DNA of 51,868 bases from Gemmatimonadota bacterium (GTDB lineage: Bacteria; Gemmatimonadota; Gemmatimonadetes; Palauibacterales; KS3-K002). The notes beneath the pieces were generated by a model. It was not told the origin of the DNA. It did no database searches and saw nothing but the letters and a program-made list of their open reading frames with translations. The position numbers and the translations under genes were made by a program. The stretch is taken from contig JBDHJS010000038.1 in NCBI GenBank assembly GCA_039586795.1, positions 1-51,868 on the forward strand, given 5' to 3'. How positions within the stretch are numbered: the stretch's first letter is position 1; the number at the start of each line of letters is the position of its first letter. This document shows, one piece after another, positions 36,403-46,533 of this stretch.

Positions 36403-38460
36403 GTGAGATCCATGTACTGGCGTGGCCTGTTGTTGTCGTTGTTCGTATTCGTGACGGCGGCGCCGGCCCTCGCGCAGAGCCCTGCGCCGTTGCTGGATGC
36501 GGAGCGGCGGAATCTGCTGCACGAGGCGCTGAGCGGCGAGATGGCGAAGGAGCACGTGATCGCCATCACTCGACACCACCGGATACAAGGGTCGAGGGGA
36601 TACCGTGACGCGGCGAACTATGTGCTCGAGCAGTTGCGCGCCTACGGGTTCGGCGAGGACGAGGCGTGGATCGAGTCGTACCCGTCAGATGGGCGGATTC
36701 ATTATCAGACGTGGCAGTCGCCGTCGGGCTGGGATATCGACTGGGCGGAGCTTCGGATGGTGGAGCCGTACGACGAGCGGATCGTCGGGTATCCGGAAGT
36801 CGCGATGAGCTTGATCACGTACTCGAATCCGGGCGATGTGACGGCGGAGTTGGTGTGGGTAGGCTCCGGAACCCGGGACGCGGACTACGAGGGCAAGGAC
36901 GTAAGAGGCAAGTTCGTGCTGGCCACCGGCTACGGCGGGTCGGTCCACCGACTCGCCGTGCTGAAGTACGGGGCAGCGGCGGTAGTGTGCTATCTGGACG
37001 ATTACCGGGCGGCGGAGCACCCGGACATGCTGGCCTACACCGGGATGTGGCCCCTTCCGCATGAGTTGGAAGGCGTGACCTTCGGTTTCAACCTGACGAA
37101 CCGGCAGGGTGAGCGACTGCGGCAGATGTTGGAGTCGGGTCGACGAGTGGTGCTGCGGGGCAGCGCGAAGGGCATCGGGCTCGAGCCCTATTATATGGAC
37201 GTGGTCGTGGCACGAATCGAGGGCGGTGAGCGATCGGACGAGGAGATGGTGATCGTCACGCATCTCGATCACCCGAAAGAAGCGGCCAACGACAACGCCA
37301 GCGGGTCAGGTGCGACTCTGGATATCGCGGCGACGCTGAAGACGCTGATCGATGGCGGGCGGCTGGAGCGACCGAGTCGTTCGTTCCGTTTTCTTTGGGT
37401 CCCGGAGTGGCACGGCACGATGGCCTACATCGAGGAGCATCCGGAGATGGTGGGGCCGGAGCTCGGCGGATCGTACCTGGCCAGCATCAACCTGGATATG
37501 GTGGGCGAGAATCTCGAGTTGCTGCACTCGCGGATGTACATCACGCGTGACCCCGCCTCGATACCGTCGGCGCTTGACGATGTAGTGGAGAACATGGCGC
37601 AGATGGTGGATGGGATGAACGTGCGGACGCCTCGGGGTAGCCTCTCGGACTTCAACTACAGGGTTACGTCGTACAGCGGTGGGTCGGATCACATGATGCT
37701 GATCGATCGTAAGGTGCCGTCGATGATGATCGGGCACACCGACTACACGCATCACACGTCGGAGGACACGCCGGATAAGGTGGACCCGGTGGAGCTTGAG
37801 CGCAGCGAGATCATCGCCACCGCATCGTTGCTCTATCTGTCGGATTTGAGCGAGGCGGAGGCGTTGGACCTGGTGTATCTTGTCAGCGCCAATGGGGCAG
37901 AACGTCTGGGTGGTGCGGCGCGCCGGGCGCGCAGCCAGCTTGTGCGGTCGGATCTACCGGCTAGTCAGGCGTTCTTCGAGGCGCGAAACACCGTCGTCCA
38001 CACGGCCCATTGGCAGATGCAGGCGGTCGCATCGGTTCTTACCTTCAACGATTCCGAAGTAGTTCGACGGGCCGTGAACGCGGCGAACGCTCGGTTGAAC
38101 GAGCAGCATGTTGCGTTGGTAGATGCGTTACGCGCGGAAGCGGGATTACCGGAGGGAAGCGCGCTGGCGGAGCGGCCCGAGCTGGAGGATAATCGAGTCC
38201 CGGTCCGACTGACTCGGGGCCCCCTGGATTTCGATCTCCCGGCGAGTCAGCTGTCGGCGGCGGACGCGGCGTGGTATTCTACGCGGGCTTTCACGCTGAG
38301 CGGCAACGCGCGCTTCGAGCTTGTGAATTTCATCGATGGTGAGAGTACTGTAACGGAGATCCGCGACGCTCTGGCAGCGGAATACGGACCTGTCTCGGTG
38401 GAGCAAGTTGGGCATTATCTTGACGACCTGGTGAAGGTTGGCGTGGTTGAGTGGAAGTAG
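36403..38460 (+). CDS. Exported M28-family metallopeptidase with PA domain
   Basis: THLDH, ANDNASG, WVPE, INLDM, GGSDH, HHTSEDT. Confidence 0.82.
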   Translation: MRSMYWRGLLLSLFVFVTAAPALAQSPAPLLDAERRNLLHEALSGEMAKEHVIAITRHHRIQGSRGYRDAANYVLEQLRAYGFGEDEAWIESYPSDGRIHYQTWQSPSGWDIDWAELRMVEPYDERIVGYPEVAMSLITYSNPGDVTAELVWVGSGTRDADYEGKDVRGKFVLATGYGGSVHRLAVLKYGAAAVVCYLDDYRAAEHPDMLAYTGMWPLPHELEGVTFGFNLTNRQGERLRQMLESGRRVVLRGSAKGIGLEPYYMDVVVARIEGGERSDEEMVIVTHLDHPKEAANDNASGSGATLDIAATLKTLIDGGRLERPSRSFRFLWVPEWHGTMAYIEEHPEMVGPELGGSYLASINLDMVGENLELLHSRMYITRDPASIPSALDDVVENMAQMVDGMNVRTPRGSLSDFNYRVTSYSGGSDHMMLIDRKVPSMMIGHTDYTHHTSEDTPDKVDPVELERSEIIATASLLYLSDLSEAEALDLVYLVSANGAERLGGAARRARSQLVRSDLPASQAFFEARNTVVHTAHWQMQAVASVLTFNDSEVVRRAVNAANARLNEQHVALVDALRAEAGLPEGSALAERPELEDNRVPVRLTRGPLDFDLPASQLSAADAAWYSTRAFTLSGNARFELVNFIDGESTVTEIRDALAAEYGPVSVEQVGHYLDDLVKVGVVEWK

Positions 38461-38488
38461 GGTAAACAGAGGATCCGGAGGATTCACC

Positions 38489-39655
38489 ATGGCACGGATG
38501 TACGTAGTGGCAGCCATCGTGGTATTGGTGGCGGGGTGCGAATCGCAGACTTTCAGTCGTGCGTATGTCGAGACCCTGGGCACTGACACGACTTCGGTCG
38601 AGGTGTTCACGCGGACCGCCGATGGATTCACGGGTGACCTTCTGGTCCGATCGCCGGTGACGCGAGTCGCGCACTACGAAGCGACGCTGACGCCGGAGGG
38701 CCACATCAACTGGATGAAAGTCGACTGGAGCACGCCACCGGAGAATCCGGACGGGCCGCCGCCGGCGAGCTTCACCGTCACCATCGAGGGTGACAGCGCG
38801 ACGGTGGAGATGACGGGCGCGCAGGGAGATCGAACGGTGCGTATAGCGGTACCGGAAGGCGCGATTCCCAGCGTTGGCAAGACCCCGGTGTCGTATGCCG
38901 TTTTGGAGCAGGCCGGGCATCAGGCGGTGGCGAGCAGCGGCGGCGCCACCTACGGGTTGAACATCATCTCCGTGGCGCGAAGTCGGATCAGCCAGAACGC
39001 ACTCACGCGAATGGGCGGTGACACGGTGAGCATGGACTTCTTCGGTAGCCAGATGCTCTCCGGCATAGACGCAGAAGGCCGGGTGCTCTGGCGGTCGGGC
39101 GCGCGGACGACGTTGAAGGTCGAGGGGACGCGTGTTGAGAGTCTCGACTTCGCGGCCCTCGCGGCGGACTACGCTGCCCGGGACGCCCGAGGCGAGGGGA
39201 TGGGTGTGGCGTCGCCGGAAGCGAGCGTCGAGGCCAGTATCGGACGCGCCCAGATCACGGTGGTCTACAGCCAGCCAGCGAAGCGCGGGCGCGAGATTTG
39301 GGGTGGCCTGGTACCTTCGAACGAGGTCTGGCGAACGGGCGCCAACGCAGCTACGGCGTTTTCAACGACCCGCGATTTGGCGATCGGTGGCGTCCTGGTT
39401 CCGGCCGGGGACTACACGCTGTTCAGCCTCTACACCGGCGAGACCTATTCCCTGATCATCAATCGACAGACCGGGCAGTGGGGTACCTCCTACGACCAGT
39501 CTCAGGACTTGGCCAGGATTCCGCTGACCGGCGAGCCTCTGTCCGAGGCGTCTGAACGATTCACGATCTCGATCGAGCCAGGCGAAGGGGCGAGCGGCGT
39601 TCTGCGGTTGAGCTGGGACACGATGAGTTACGTCGTGCCAATCGCCGCGCGGTAG
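38489..39655 (+). CDS. Lipoprotein with C-terminal DUF2911 domain
   Basis: Lipobox VAGC; YSQPAKRGREIWGGLVP, VWRTGANAAT, QTGQWGT. Confidence 0.8.
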   Translation: MARMYVVAAIVVLVAGCESQTFSRAYVETLGTDTTSVEVFTRTADGFTGDLLVRSPVTRVAHYEATLTPEGHINWMKVDWSTPPENPDGPPPASFTVTIEGDSATVEMTGAQGDRTVRIAVPEGAIPSVGKTPVSYAVLEQAGHQAVASSGGATYGLNIISVARSRISQNALTRMGGDTVSMDFFGSQMLSGIDAEGRVLWRSGARTTLKVEGTRVESLDFAALAADYAARDARGEGMGVASPEASVEASIGRAQITVVYSQPAKRGREIWGGLVPSNEVWRTGANAATAFSTTRDLAIGGVLVPAGDYTLFSLYTGETYSLIINRQTGQWGTSYDQSQDLARIPLTGEPLSEASERFTISIEPGEGASGVLRLSWDTMSYVVPIAAR

Positions 39656-39679
39656 TCGACGGAGGCCGACTCGGCGGCG

Positions 39680-40651
39680 ATGGAAGTACAGATCATCAAC
39701 AAATCAGAAGTGGGCCGCCTGCTTCCGATGACAGACTGCATCAAAGCAGTTGGCGACGCCCTCGCCGCGCTGGCGCGCGGTGAGGGCGTCCAGCCTTTAC
39801 GGACCGGCATGTGGCTCCCGGAACGGGCCGGCGTATTGGGGGCGATGCCGGGCTACCTGTCGAATATCGGCGCCTTCGGAATCAAGGTGATCAGCGTGTT
39901 TCCCGGCAGCGGCGACTCGCACAAAGGGGCGGTGCTGCTGTTCGACTCGGAAGACGGCCGGCTACTGGCGGTGATCGATGCGGGTGAGATCACCGCGATC
40001 CGCACTGCGGCGGCTTCAGCCGTTGCCACCGACCTGTTGGCGCGACGCGACGTGAGTCGACTGACGATCCTCGGGTCCGGCGTTCAGGCGGCTTCGCATC
40101 TGTCGGCGATGCTGCTGGTTCGGCCGTTCACACACGTACGCGTATGGAGCCGGACTGGTAAGAACGCAGAGCGGTTCGCCGAGCGGGAGTCGCGGACGCG
40201 AGGGATCGAGATCGAGGCGGTGTCGGATGTAGAGGCCGCCGTCGCGGGAGCCGACGTGATCTGCACAACCACGGGATCGACGAAGCCGGTCCTCCCCGGG
40301 GCGCTGCTGAGCGAGGGTATGCACGTGAACGCGGTGGGCGCCAGCGTTCCGAAGTTCCGTGAGCTGGACACGGAGGCTGTGGTGAAGTCACGGTTTTATG
40401 TCGACTCGCGAGAGTCGGCCCGCAACGAGTGTGGCGCGTTGATCGCCGCGATGAACGAGGGGGCGGTGGGGGATAGTCATATTATAGGAGAAGTCGGAGA
40501 AGTCCTGGCTGGCCTCCGGCCGGGGCGTGGCTCTGACGACGAGATCACGATCTTCAAGTCGATGGGGCTGGCCGTGGAAGATCTGGCCGCCGCTCACCTG
40601 GTCTACCAGCGGGCGGCCGCCGAGGGGCTGGGAACGCTGGTCGACCTCTAG
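39680..40651 (+). CDS. Ornithine cyclodeaminase / mu-crystallin family protein
   Basis: ITAIRTAAASAVAT, GSGVQA, HVNAVG, ITIFKSMGLAVED. Confidence 0.9.
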   Translation: MEVQIINKSEVGRLLPMTDCIKAVGDALAALARGEGVQPLRTGMWLPERAGVLGAMPGYLSNIGAFGIKVISVFPGSGDSHKGAVLLFDSEDGRLLAVIDAGEITAIRTAAASAVATDLLARRDVSRLTILGSGVQAASHLSAMLLVRPFTHVRVWSRTGKNAERFAERESRTRGIEIEAVSDVEAAVAGADVICTTTGSTKPVLPGALLSEGMHVNAVGASVPKFRELDTEAVVKSRFYVDSRESARNECGALIAAMNEGAVGDSHIIGEVGEVLAGLRPGRGSDDEITIFKSMGLAVEDLAAAHLVYQRAAAEGLGTLVDL

Positions 40652-40684
40652 CGCACAGCGGCTAACCCTATTAGTTACGGGGGC

Positions 40685-43600
40685 ATGAGCCTCCTACATC
40701 TCTATAGGGCACCTGGGCAGTCCGCGGCCTCGCGGCATGCTCTTCTCCAGATGGCCCGGCAACGGGTCTCTCCCGACATCCAGGGACTAGATACCGAGTA
40801 CTGCTTCAATATCGATGCGTCTCAGCGGCTCACGGCGGACCAGATGAGCGCGCTGACCTGGCTGCTGGCGGAGACGTTCGAGCCGCAGGCGTTCGGCGAC
40901 CGGAGCTTTCTGAACCCAGCGGACGGCGAGCTGCTGGAGGTCGGGCCGCGGATGAACTTCTCCACCGCCTGGTCGACCAACGCCGTTTCCATCTGCCGTG
41001 CGTGTGGACTCGATGTCATCAAGCGGATCGAGCGGTCGCGGCGATATCTGCTGCGGACGGGGAAACCGCTGACCGACGAGCAGAAGGTGGCGTTCCTGGC
41101 GGATGTGCACGACCGGATGACGGAGATGCCGTACCCGGAGCCCCTGGAGAGCTTCGAGACGGGAGTCCAGCCGGAGCGGACGTTCGAGGTGCCGGTGCTT
41201 GAAGAAGGGCGGGCGGCACTGGAGAAGATCAACGCGGAGATGGGGCTGGCGTTCGACGACTGGGACCTGGACTACTACACCCAGCTATTCCGGGACAAGG
41301 TGGGGCGCAACCCGACCAATGTGGAGTGCTTCGATATCGCGCAGTCGAACAGCGAGCACTCGCGCCATTGGTTCTTCAAAGGCCGGCTGATCATCGACGG
41401 TCGTGAGGTCCCGAAACACCTCATCGATCTCATACGAGAGCCGCTGCAGGCGAACCCGAACAACAGCGTGATCGCGTTCAAGGACAACTCCAGCGCGATT
41501 CGGGGCTACCGAATCAACACGATAGTCCCGGCGCGACCTGGCGAACCGGCGCCGTTCGCGATGTCAGATCTGAATTACGACATCATCTTCACGGCGGAGA
41601 CGCACAACTTCCCGTCGGGCGTGGCGCCGTTTCCTGGCGCTGAGACGGGAACCGGGGGACGGCTTCGCGACGTGCACGCGGCGGGGCGCGGCTCGCTGTA
41701 CGTGGCGGGCACGGCCGCCTACTGCGTCGGCAACCTCCAAATACCCGGCTACTCGCTGCCGTGGGAGGATGCGGCTTTCGCGTACCCGGGTAACCTCGCC
41801 ACGCCGTTGGAGATCGAGATCGAGGCATCGAACGGCGCCTCCGACTACGGAAACAAGTTCGGCGAGCCCGTGATCCAAGGATACACCCGGTCGTTCGGGA
41901 TGCGCTTGCCGGGCGGCGAGCGCCGAGAGTGGATCAAGCCGATCATGTTCAGCGGTGGGATCGGGCAGATCGATGCCCGGCACACCGAGAAGGAGAGCCC
42001 CGAGAAAGACATGCTTGTCGTGAAGATCGGTGGGCCCGCCTATCGCATCGGGATGGGCGGCGGCGCCGCATCCAGCATGGTGCAGGGCGAGAACGTGGCG
42101 GAGCTGGACTTCAACGCGGTGCAGCGCGGCGATGCCGAGATGGAGCAGAAGCTTAATCGCGTCATTCGTGCCTGCATCGAACTGGGCGACAGCAATCCTA
42201 TCGTCAGCATCCACGATCAGGGGGCCGGTGGAAACTGCAACGTTCTGAAGGAGATTGTCGAGCCGGCGGGTGCGCAGATCGAGATTCGAGAAATCCCGCT
42301 GGGTGACGAGACGCTGTCGGTCTTGGAGATCTGGGGTGCCGAGTACCAGGAGAACGATGCGCTGCTAGTGCGACCGGAGCATGCGGAGCTGTTCCGCGCG
42401 CTGTGCGAGCGCGAGAAGGTACCGTTCGCCTACGTCGGCCACATCACCGGCGACGGAAAGATCGTCGTCCACGATGCGGAGAGCGGATCGACCCCGGTGA
42501 ACCTGGATCTGGACGATGTGCTCGGCGATATGCCGCAGAAGAAGTTCGAGTTCGCGCGTATCGCTCCGGAGCTGGAGCCGCTGAGATTGCCGGATGAACT
42601 GTCGCTGCGCGACGCCCTCGATCGAGTGCTGCGACTGCTGTCGGTCGGCTCGAAGCGTTTTTTGACGACGAAAGTTGACCGCAGCGTGACCGGTCTGGTG
42701 GCGCGGCAACAGTGCGCGGGCCCACTACAGCTCACCGTGGCTGACGTGGCCGTCATCGCCCAGAGTCATTTCGGGATCACGGGCGCGGCCACGGCGATCG
42801 GCGAACAGCCGATCAAGGGGCTGGTGGATATGGGGGCGATGGCGCGGGTCAGCGTCGGCGAAGCGTTGACCAATCTGGTCTGGGCGCCGGTGACGGCGCT
42901 GGAGGACGTGCGCTGTTCGGGCAACTGGATGTGGGCAGCAAAGCTGCCGGGCGAAGGCGCTGCGCTGCACGATGCGGCGGTCGCCATGAAGGACATGATG
43001 CTCGAACTGGGCGTCGCGGTGGACGGTGGCAAGGACAGCATCTCGATGGCGGCGCGAGCACCGGGCCCGGACGGTGAAGACGAGACGGTGAAGGCTCCGG
43101 GCTCACTGGTCATCTCGGCCTACGTCACGTGCCCGGATATCACGAAGACGGTAACTCCAGATCTGAAGCTCCCGGGCCGCGGGCGATTGCTTTACGTCGA
43201 CCTGGGCGGAGGCCACCGTTTGGGCGGTTCGGCGCTGGCCCAGGTCTTCGATCAGGTGGGGGACGAGGCGCCGGATGTGGAGGACGCGAGCCTGCTCAAG
43301 CGGGCGTTCAACGTCGTGCAGGAGCTGATCGCGGCGGATGTCGTGTCAGCGGGTCACGATCGCAGCGACGGCGGCTTGATCACAACGCTGCTGGAGATGG
43401 CGTTCGCCGGAACCTGCGGAATCGATATCGATCTGCGGACTCCGACAACTGAGGATCCCATCGCGTTCTTCTTCGCTGAAGAACTGGGTCTCGTTTTGGA
43501 GGTCGATGGCGAGTACGAAGCGCAGGCGTTGTCGGCGTTCGTCAAGGCGGACGTTGCGTGCGCGGTCATCGGCGCGTCGACCGAAGGATACGGCGTCACC

Positions 43601-44608
43601 GTCCGGTTCAATGGACGGGACGTGCTGAGCGACGACGTTCGGGACCTGAGGGACTTGTGGGAAGCGACGAGCTTCCAACTCGATCGGCTGCAGGCGAACG
43701 CCGAGTGCGTTGAGCAAGAGCAGTCGGGACTGAAGGATCGAACTGGCCCGAACTTCAGCGTCCCGTTCCAGGTGACGGCGACGCCGCCGGCGATAATCGA
43801 GAGTGGGTCGAAGATTCCGGTGGCGATCCTGCGTGAAGAGGGGAGCAACGGGGACCGGGAGATGACCTCGGCGTTCTTCGCCGCCGGCTTCGAGCCCTGG
43901 GACGTAGTCATGTCGGACCTGCTGGCGGGGCGCGTCGATCTGCGGAGGTTCCGTGGCGTCGTTGCCGTCGGCGGCTTCTCGTACGCCGATGTCCTCGACT
44001 CGGCTAAGGGATGGGCCGGAGTCATCCGCTTCAACGAGGGGCTGTGGAATCAGTTCCAGGAATTCTACGAACGGCCCGACACGTTCAGCCTGGGCGTGTG
44101 CAACGGTTGCCAGTTGCTGGCTCTCCTGGGCTGGGTACCGTGGCAGGGAATAGCGGACGAGCAGCAGCCGCGCTTCATCCAGAACGCGTCGGGGCGATTC
44201 GAGTCGCGGTTCACGGCGCTGCAGATACAGAAGAGCCCGGCGATCATGCTGAAAGAGATGGAAGGCGCGACGCTGGGCATCTGGGTCGCCCACGGCGAAG
44301 GCCAGGCCTACTTCCCGGAATCCTCCATCATGGATCGGGTGCTGGAGGAAGGGCTGGCGCCGTTGCGCTTCGTTGACGACGACAACCGCATCACTGAATC
44401 CTATCCGTTCAACCCGAATGGCTCGCCGCGCGGCATCGCCGGGCTCACATCTCCCGATGGCCGTCATCTGGTCATGATGCCGCACCCCGAGCGCGCGTTT
44501 CTCAAGTGGCAGTGGGGATGGATGCCTCGGGAGGTGGACCGGGAGCTCGAGGTTTCTCCCTGGCTGCGAATGTTCCAGAACGCCCGGGAGTGGTGTGAAC
44601 GAGGTTAG
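40685..44608 (+). CDS. purL: Phosphoribosylformylglycinamidine synthase, large single-chain type
   Basis: QSNSEHSRH, ETHNFP, IHDQGAGG, DGGKDS, GGFSYAD, LGVCNGCQ, MMPHPER; 1307 aa. Confidence 0.97.
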   Translation: MSLLHLYRAPGQSAASRHALLQMARQRVSPDIQGLDTEYCFNIDASQRLTADQMSALTWLLAETFEPQAFGDRSFLNPADGELLEVGPRMNFSTAWSTNAVSICRACGLDVIKRIERSRRYLLRTGKPLTDEQKVAFLADVHDRMTEMPYPEPLESFETGVQPERTFEVPVLEEGRAALEKINAEMGLAFDDWDLDYYTQLFRDKVGRNPTNVECFDIAQSNSEHSRHWFFKGRLIIDGREVPKHLIDLIREPLQANPNNSVIAFKDNSSAIRGYRINTIVPARPGEPAPFAMSDLNYDIIFTAETHNFPSGVAPFPGAETGTGGRLRDVHAAGRGSLYVAGTAAYCVGNLQIPGYSLPWEDAAFAYPGNLATPLEIEIEASNGASDYGNKFGEPVIQGYTRSFGMRLPGGERREWIKPIMFSGGIGQIDARHTEKESPEKDMLVVKIGGPAYRIGMGGGAASSMVQGENVAELDFNAVQRGDAEMEQKLNRVIRACIELGDSNPIVSIHDQGAGGNCNVLKEIVEPAGAQIEIREIPLGDETLSVLEIWGAEYQENDALLVRPEHAELFRALCEREKVPFAYVGHITGDGKIVVHDAESGSTPVNLDLDDVLGDMPQKKFEFARIAPELEPLRLPDELSLRDALDRVLRLLSVGSKRFLTTKVDRSVTGLVARQQCAGPLQLTVADVAVIAQSHFGITGAATAIGEQPIKGLVDMGAMARVSVGEALTNLVWAPVTALEDVRCSGNWMWAAKLPGEGAALHDAAVAMKDMMLELGVAVDGGKDSISMAARAPGPDGEDETVKAPGSLVISAYVTCPDITKTVTPDLKLPGRGRLLYVDLGGGHRLGGSALAQVFDQVGDEAPDVEDASLLKRAFNVVQELIAADVVSAGHDRSDGGLITTLLEMAFAGTCGIDIDLRTPTTEDPIAFFFAEELGLVLEVDGEYEAQALSAFVKADVACAVIGASTEGYGVTVRFNGRDVLSDDVRDLRDLWEATSFQLDRLQANAECVEQEQSGLKDRTGPNFSVPFQVTATPPAIIESGSKIPVAILREEGSNGDREMTSAFFAAGFEPWDVVMSDLLAGRVDLRRFRGVVAVGGFSYADVLDSAKGWAGVIRFNEGLWNQFQEFYERPDTFSLGVCNGCQLLALLGWVPWQGIADEQQPRFIQNASGRFESRFTALQIQKSPAIMLKEMEGATLGIWVAHGEGQAYFPESSIMDRVLEEGLAPLRFVDDDNRITESYPFNPNGSPRGIAGLTSPDGRHLVMMPHPERAFLKWQWGWMPREVDRELEVSPWLRMFQNAREWCERG

Positions 44609-44857
44609 CGGCAAACGGTACGCAGTAGGTGACCGATCTCTCCTCAGCATCGTGCTATGCTGCGACGGTAGCAGTGTTTGCCGCTGGACCTTTCTGCTTG
44701 TGTAGCCGCCTAAGGTAGCGGTATGATACACGAGAACACGCCGCACAATCTCCAGTACAGTTGATACACATAGGCTGCGCAAGCCCTTTTTCGTGCGTGG
44801 GTTTTCGCTGCACAAGACCTGTTAGATGGCGTCTGAGCGCCCAACTTGTCGAAACGA

Positions 44858-45589
44858 ATGAAGCAGCCAATCCCGTGGACTAGGTTGATTGCAGAGAGTA
44901 TCGCCATCGTCGGAAGCATACTTCTTGCCTTCGCGATCGATGCTTGGTGGGATAAGCTTCAAGATACAGCTGAGGAGCGTCGAATCTTGGTGGGCCTTAG
45001 CGACGAGTTCGCTGAGACCAGGGCGCTCCTGGAACGGGAAGTAGCCAGGACGGAGACGTCGATCACGCTGATCGTTGGTATCTTGGACGAGGCGCGTGGC
45101 GAGCCCGTGGTCGTTGAAGCTGAAGACGTAGAGAACGCCCTGAGGCGTCTTCTCTTGACGCCAACCCTAGATGCTTCGACTGGAACTCGCCAGGCACTGA
45201 TCAGCGCGGGAAAGCTCGATCTGATTCAAGATGAGGCTCTGCGGACCGCGATTGCCGGCTGGGAACGCTTCCTTAACGACGCTCAAGATAATGAGTTGAC
45301 AATGCGGCCATTTGTCGCTGGGGTGATCGTTCCTTTTTTGGCCAGACATGGAGTACCATTATCGCGGGTGTTAGTACGGTCCTCGCTTAGCAACGTCCCG
45401 CCGCCCGAGCAGTCGGTTGCAGCGTTCTCGAAGCTTGTCCGCGATCCAGAGTTTGCGGCGCTGGTGTCATATCGACTTTGGTGGTTGAGAGGTTCCAGGA
45501 GCCAATACCAGCGTGCCTTAGAGGCTACAGAGAGAATCCTGGATCTGATCCACCAGAATCTCCGCAGAGAGGAGGTTGTAGCCTCCTAG
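44858..45589 (+). CDS. Cassette 1: hypothetical membrane-anchored helical protein (DUF6090-like)
   Basis: ESIAIVGSILLAFAIDAWW anchor; LISAGKLDLIQDEALR motif. Confidence 0.75.
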   Translation: MKQPIPWTRLIAESIAIVGSILLAFAIDAWWDKLQDTAEERRILVGLSDEFAETRALLEREVARTETSITLIVGILDEARGEPVVVEAEDVENALRRLLLTPTLDASTGTRQALISAGKLDLIQDEALRTAIAGWERFLNDAQDNELTMRPFVAGVIVPFLARHGVPLSRVLVRSSLSNVPPPEQSVAAFSKLVRDPEFAALVSYRLWWLRGSRSQYQRALEATERILDLIHQNLRREEVVAS

Positions 45590-45597
45590 TCGACGCC

Positions 45598-45712
45598 ATC
45601 TAACAATCGTTTGCAGCGGGCGCGCTATGTATCCAAGTGGACTCTTCTGTATAGATGTTCTTTCGGTGCCTCTAGATTCTCACGGCGCCGCTGAAACGAA
45701 GAACTGTTAGGC
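45598..45712 (+). repeat. attC site 1
   Basis: ATCTAAC...TTTGCAGCGG...CCGCTGAAA...GTTAGGC, 115 bp, with an unpaired extra base in the L box. Confidence 0.9.
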
Positions 45713-45787
45713 GGCTGGCAGACAAGGCTCTCGTCTGCAATGTCGCGTACACTCCGGTCTCCACTAGCGACTCCAAATGGGGGGAAT

Positions 45788-45952
45788 ATGGCCGAGTACA
45801 AAGTGGTTCAGCTCAAAGAGAAGAAGGCGCTTGCTCAAGAACTCGAAGAAACTCTCAATGAGCATGCGAAGAAGGGCTGGACGTTTGTCGAGATGGAGAG
45901 AGCGCATCGAGCTACGAGTCTCTTCTTCCTCCTCGTCTTTACGAAAGACTAG
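45788..45952 (+). CDS. Cassette 2a: DUF4177-like small protein
   Basis: EYKVV...LEETLNEHAKKGWTFV pattern. Confidence 0.7.
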   Translation: MAEYKVVQLKEKKALAQELEETLNEHAKKGWTFVEMERAHRATSLFFLLVFTKD

Positions 45953-46043
45953 TATGCTGCTCGGGGACTGATGCCGAAGATCTTAATGATACATCCTGTG
46001 TTACGCCGCCTAGCGACGCCTTCTTTATAGGGGAGGAGATTGG

Positions 46044-46301
46044 ATGAATCGCTACGCCTTCTTCTACTTTATGAGGGACGTCCCTGAACAAGTTCGAGAC
46101 GCAGTCCCGCGCCACATCGATTACTGGAAGGCTCTTTCACTGGCTGACTACATGGGCGGCCCATTCGGCGATCGAAGCGGCGGTCTCATCACATTCTCAG
46201 CGTCAAGTGAAGCTGAGGCAGAGAGATTGGTGGTCGAGGATCCTTTCATGACTGCTGGCATCCTTTCACAGCATTGGCTGAAACCATGGCTGGTCTCGTA
46301 A
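46044..46301 (+). CDS. Cassette 2b: YciI-like protein
   Basis: RHIDYW, GGPFGDRSGGL, EDPF; RBS GGAGG. Confidence 0.78.
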   Translation: MNRYAFFYFMRDVPEQVRDAVPRHIDYWKALSLADYMGGPFGDRSGGLITFSASSEAEAERLVVEDPFMTAGILSQHWLKPWLVS

Positions 46302-46406
46302 CCTATGACTGCTGGAGCTCCCCTAACCGGGAAAGTGCCGGAACTGTGCGAGTCGCTCTTCTCCGTGTGACTGCTGTAAAAGGAGTACAGTTCGTCCGGT
46401 GTGTCC

Positions 46407-46521
46407 GCCTAACAACCGTTTGCAGCGGGCGCTCTATGCATTGGAGTGTACTCTTCTATGTAGGTGTTCCTGCGACGCCGCGACCTCGTCACGGCGCCGC
46501 TGAAACGAAGAACCGTTAGAG
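46407..46521 (+). repeat. attC site 2
   Basis: GCCTAAC...TTTGCAGCGG...CCGCTGAAA...GTTAGAG, 115 bp. Confidence 0.9.
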
Positions 46522-46533
46522 TAAGCTTGGAAC

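Noticed and set aside
39680..40651. Mu-crystallin as a thyroid-hormone-binding partner of the deiodinase-like protein
   Set aside because: OCD-family genes are common in bacteria and this one is 23 kb away. T3 binding is known for the mammalian protein, and nothing here supports it.
44604..44631. Heptamer periodicity after the purL stop
   Set aside because: Only about four poorly matching units.
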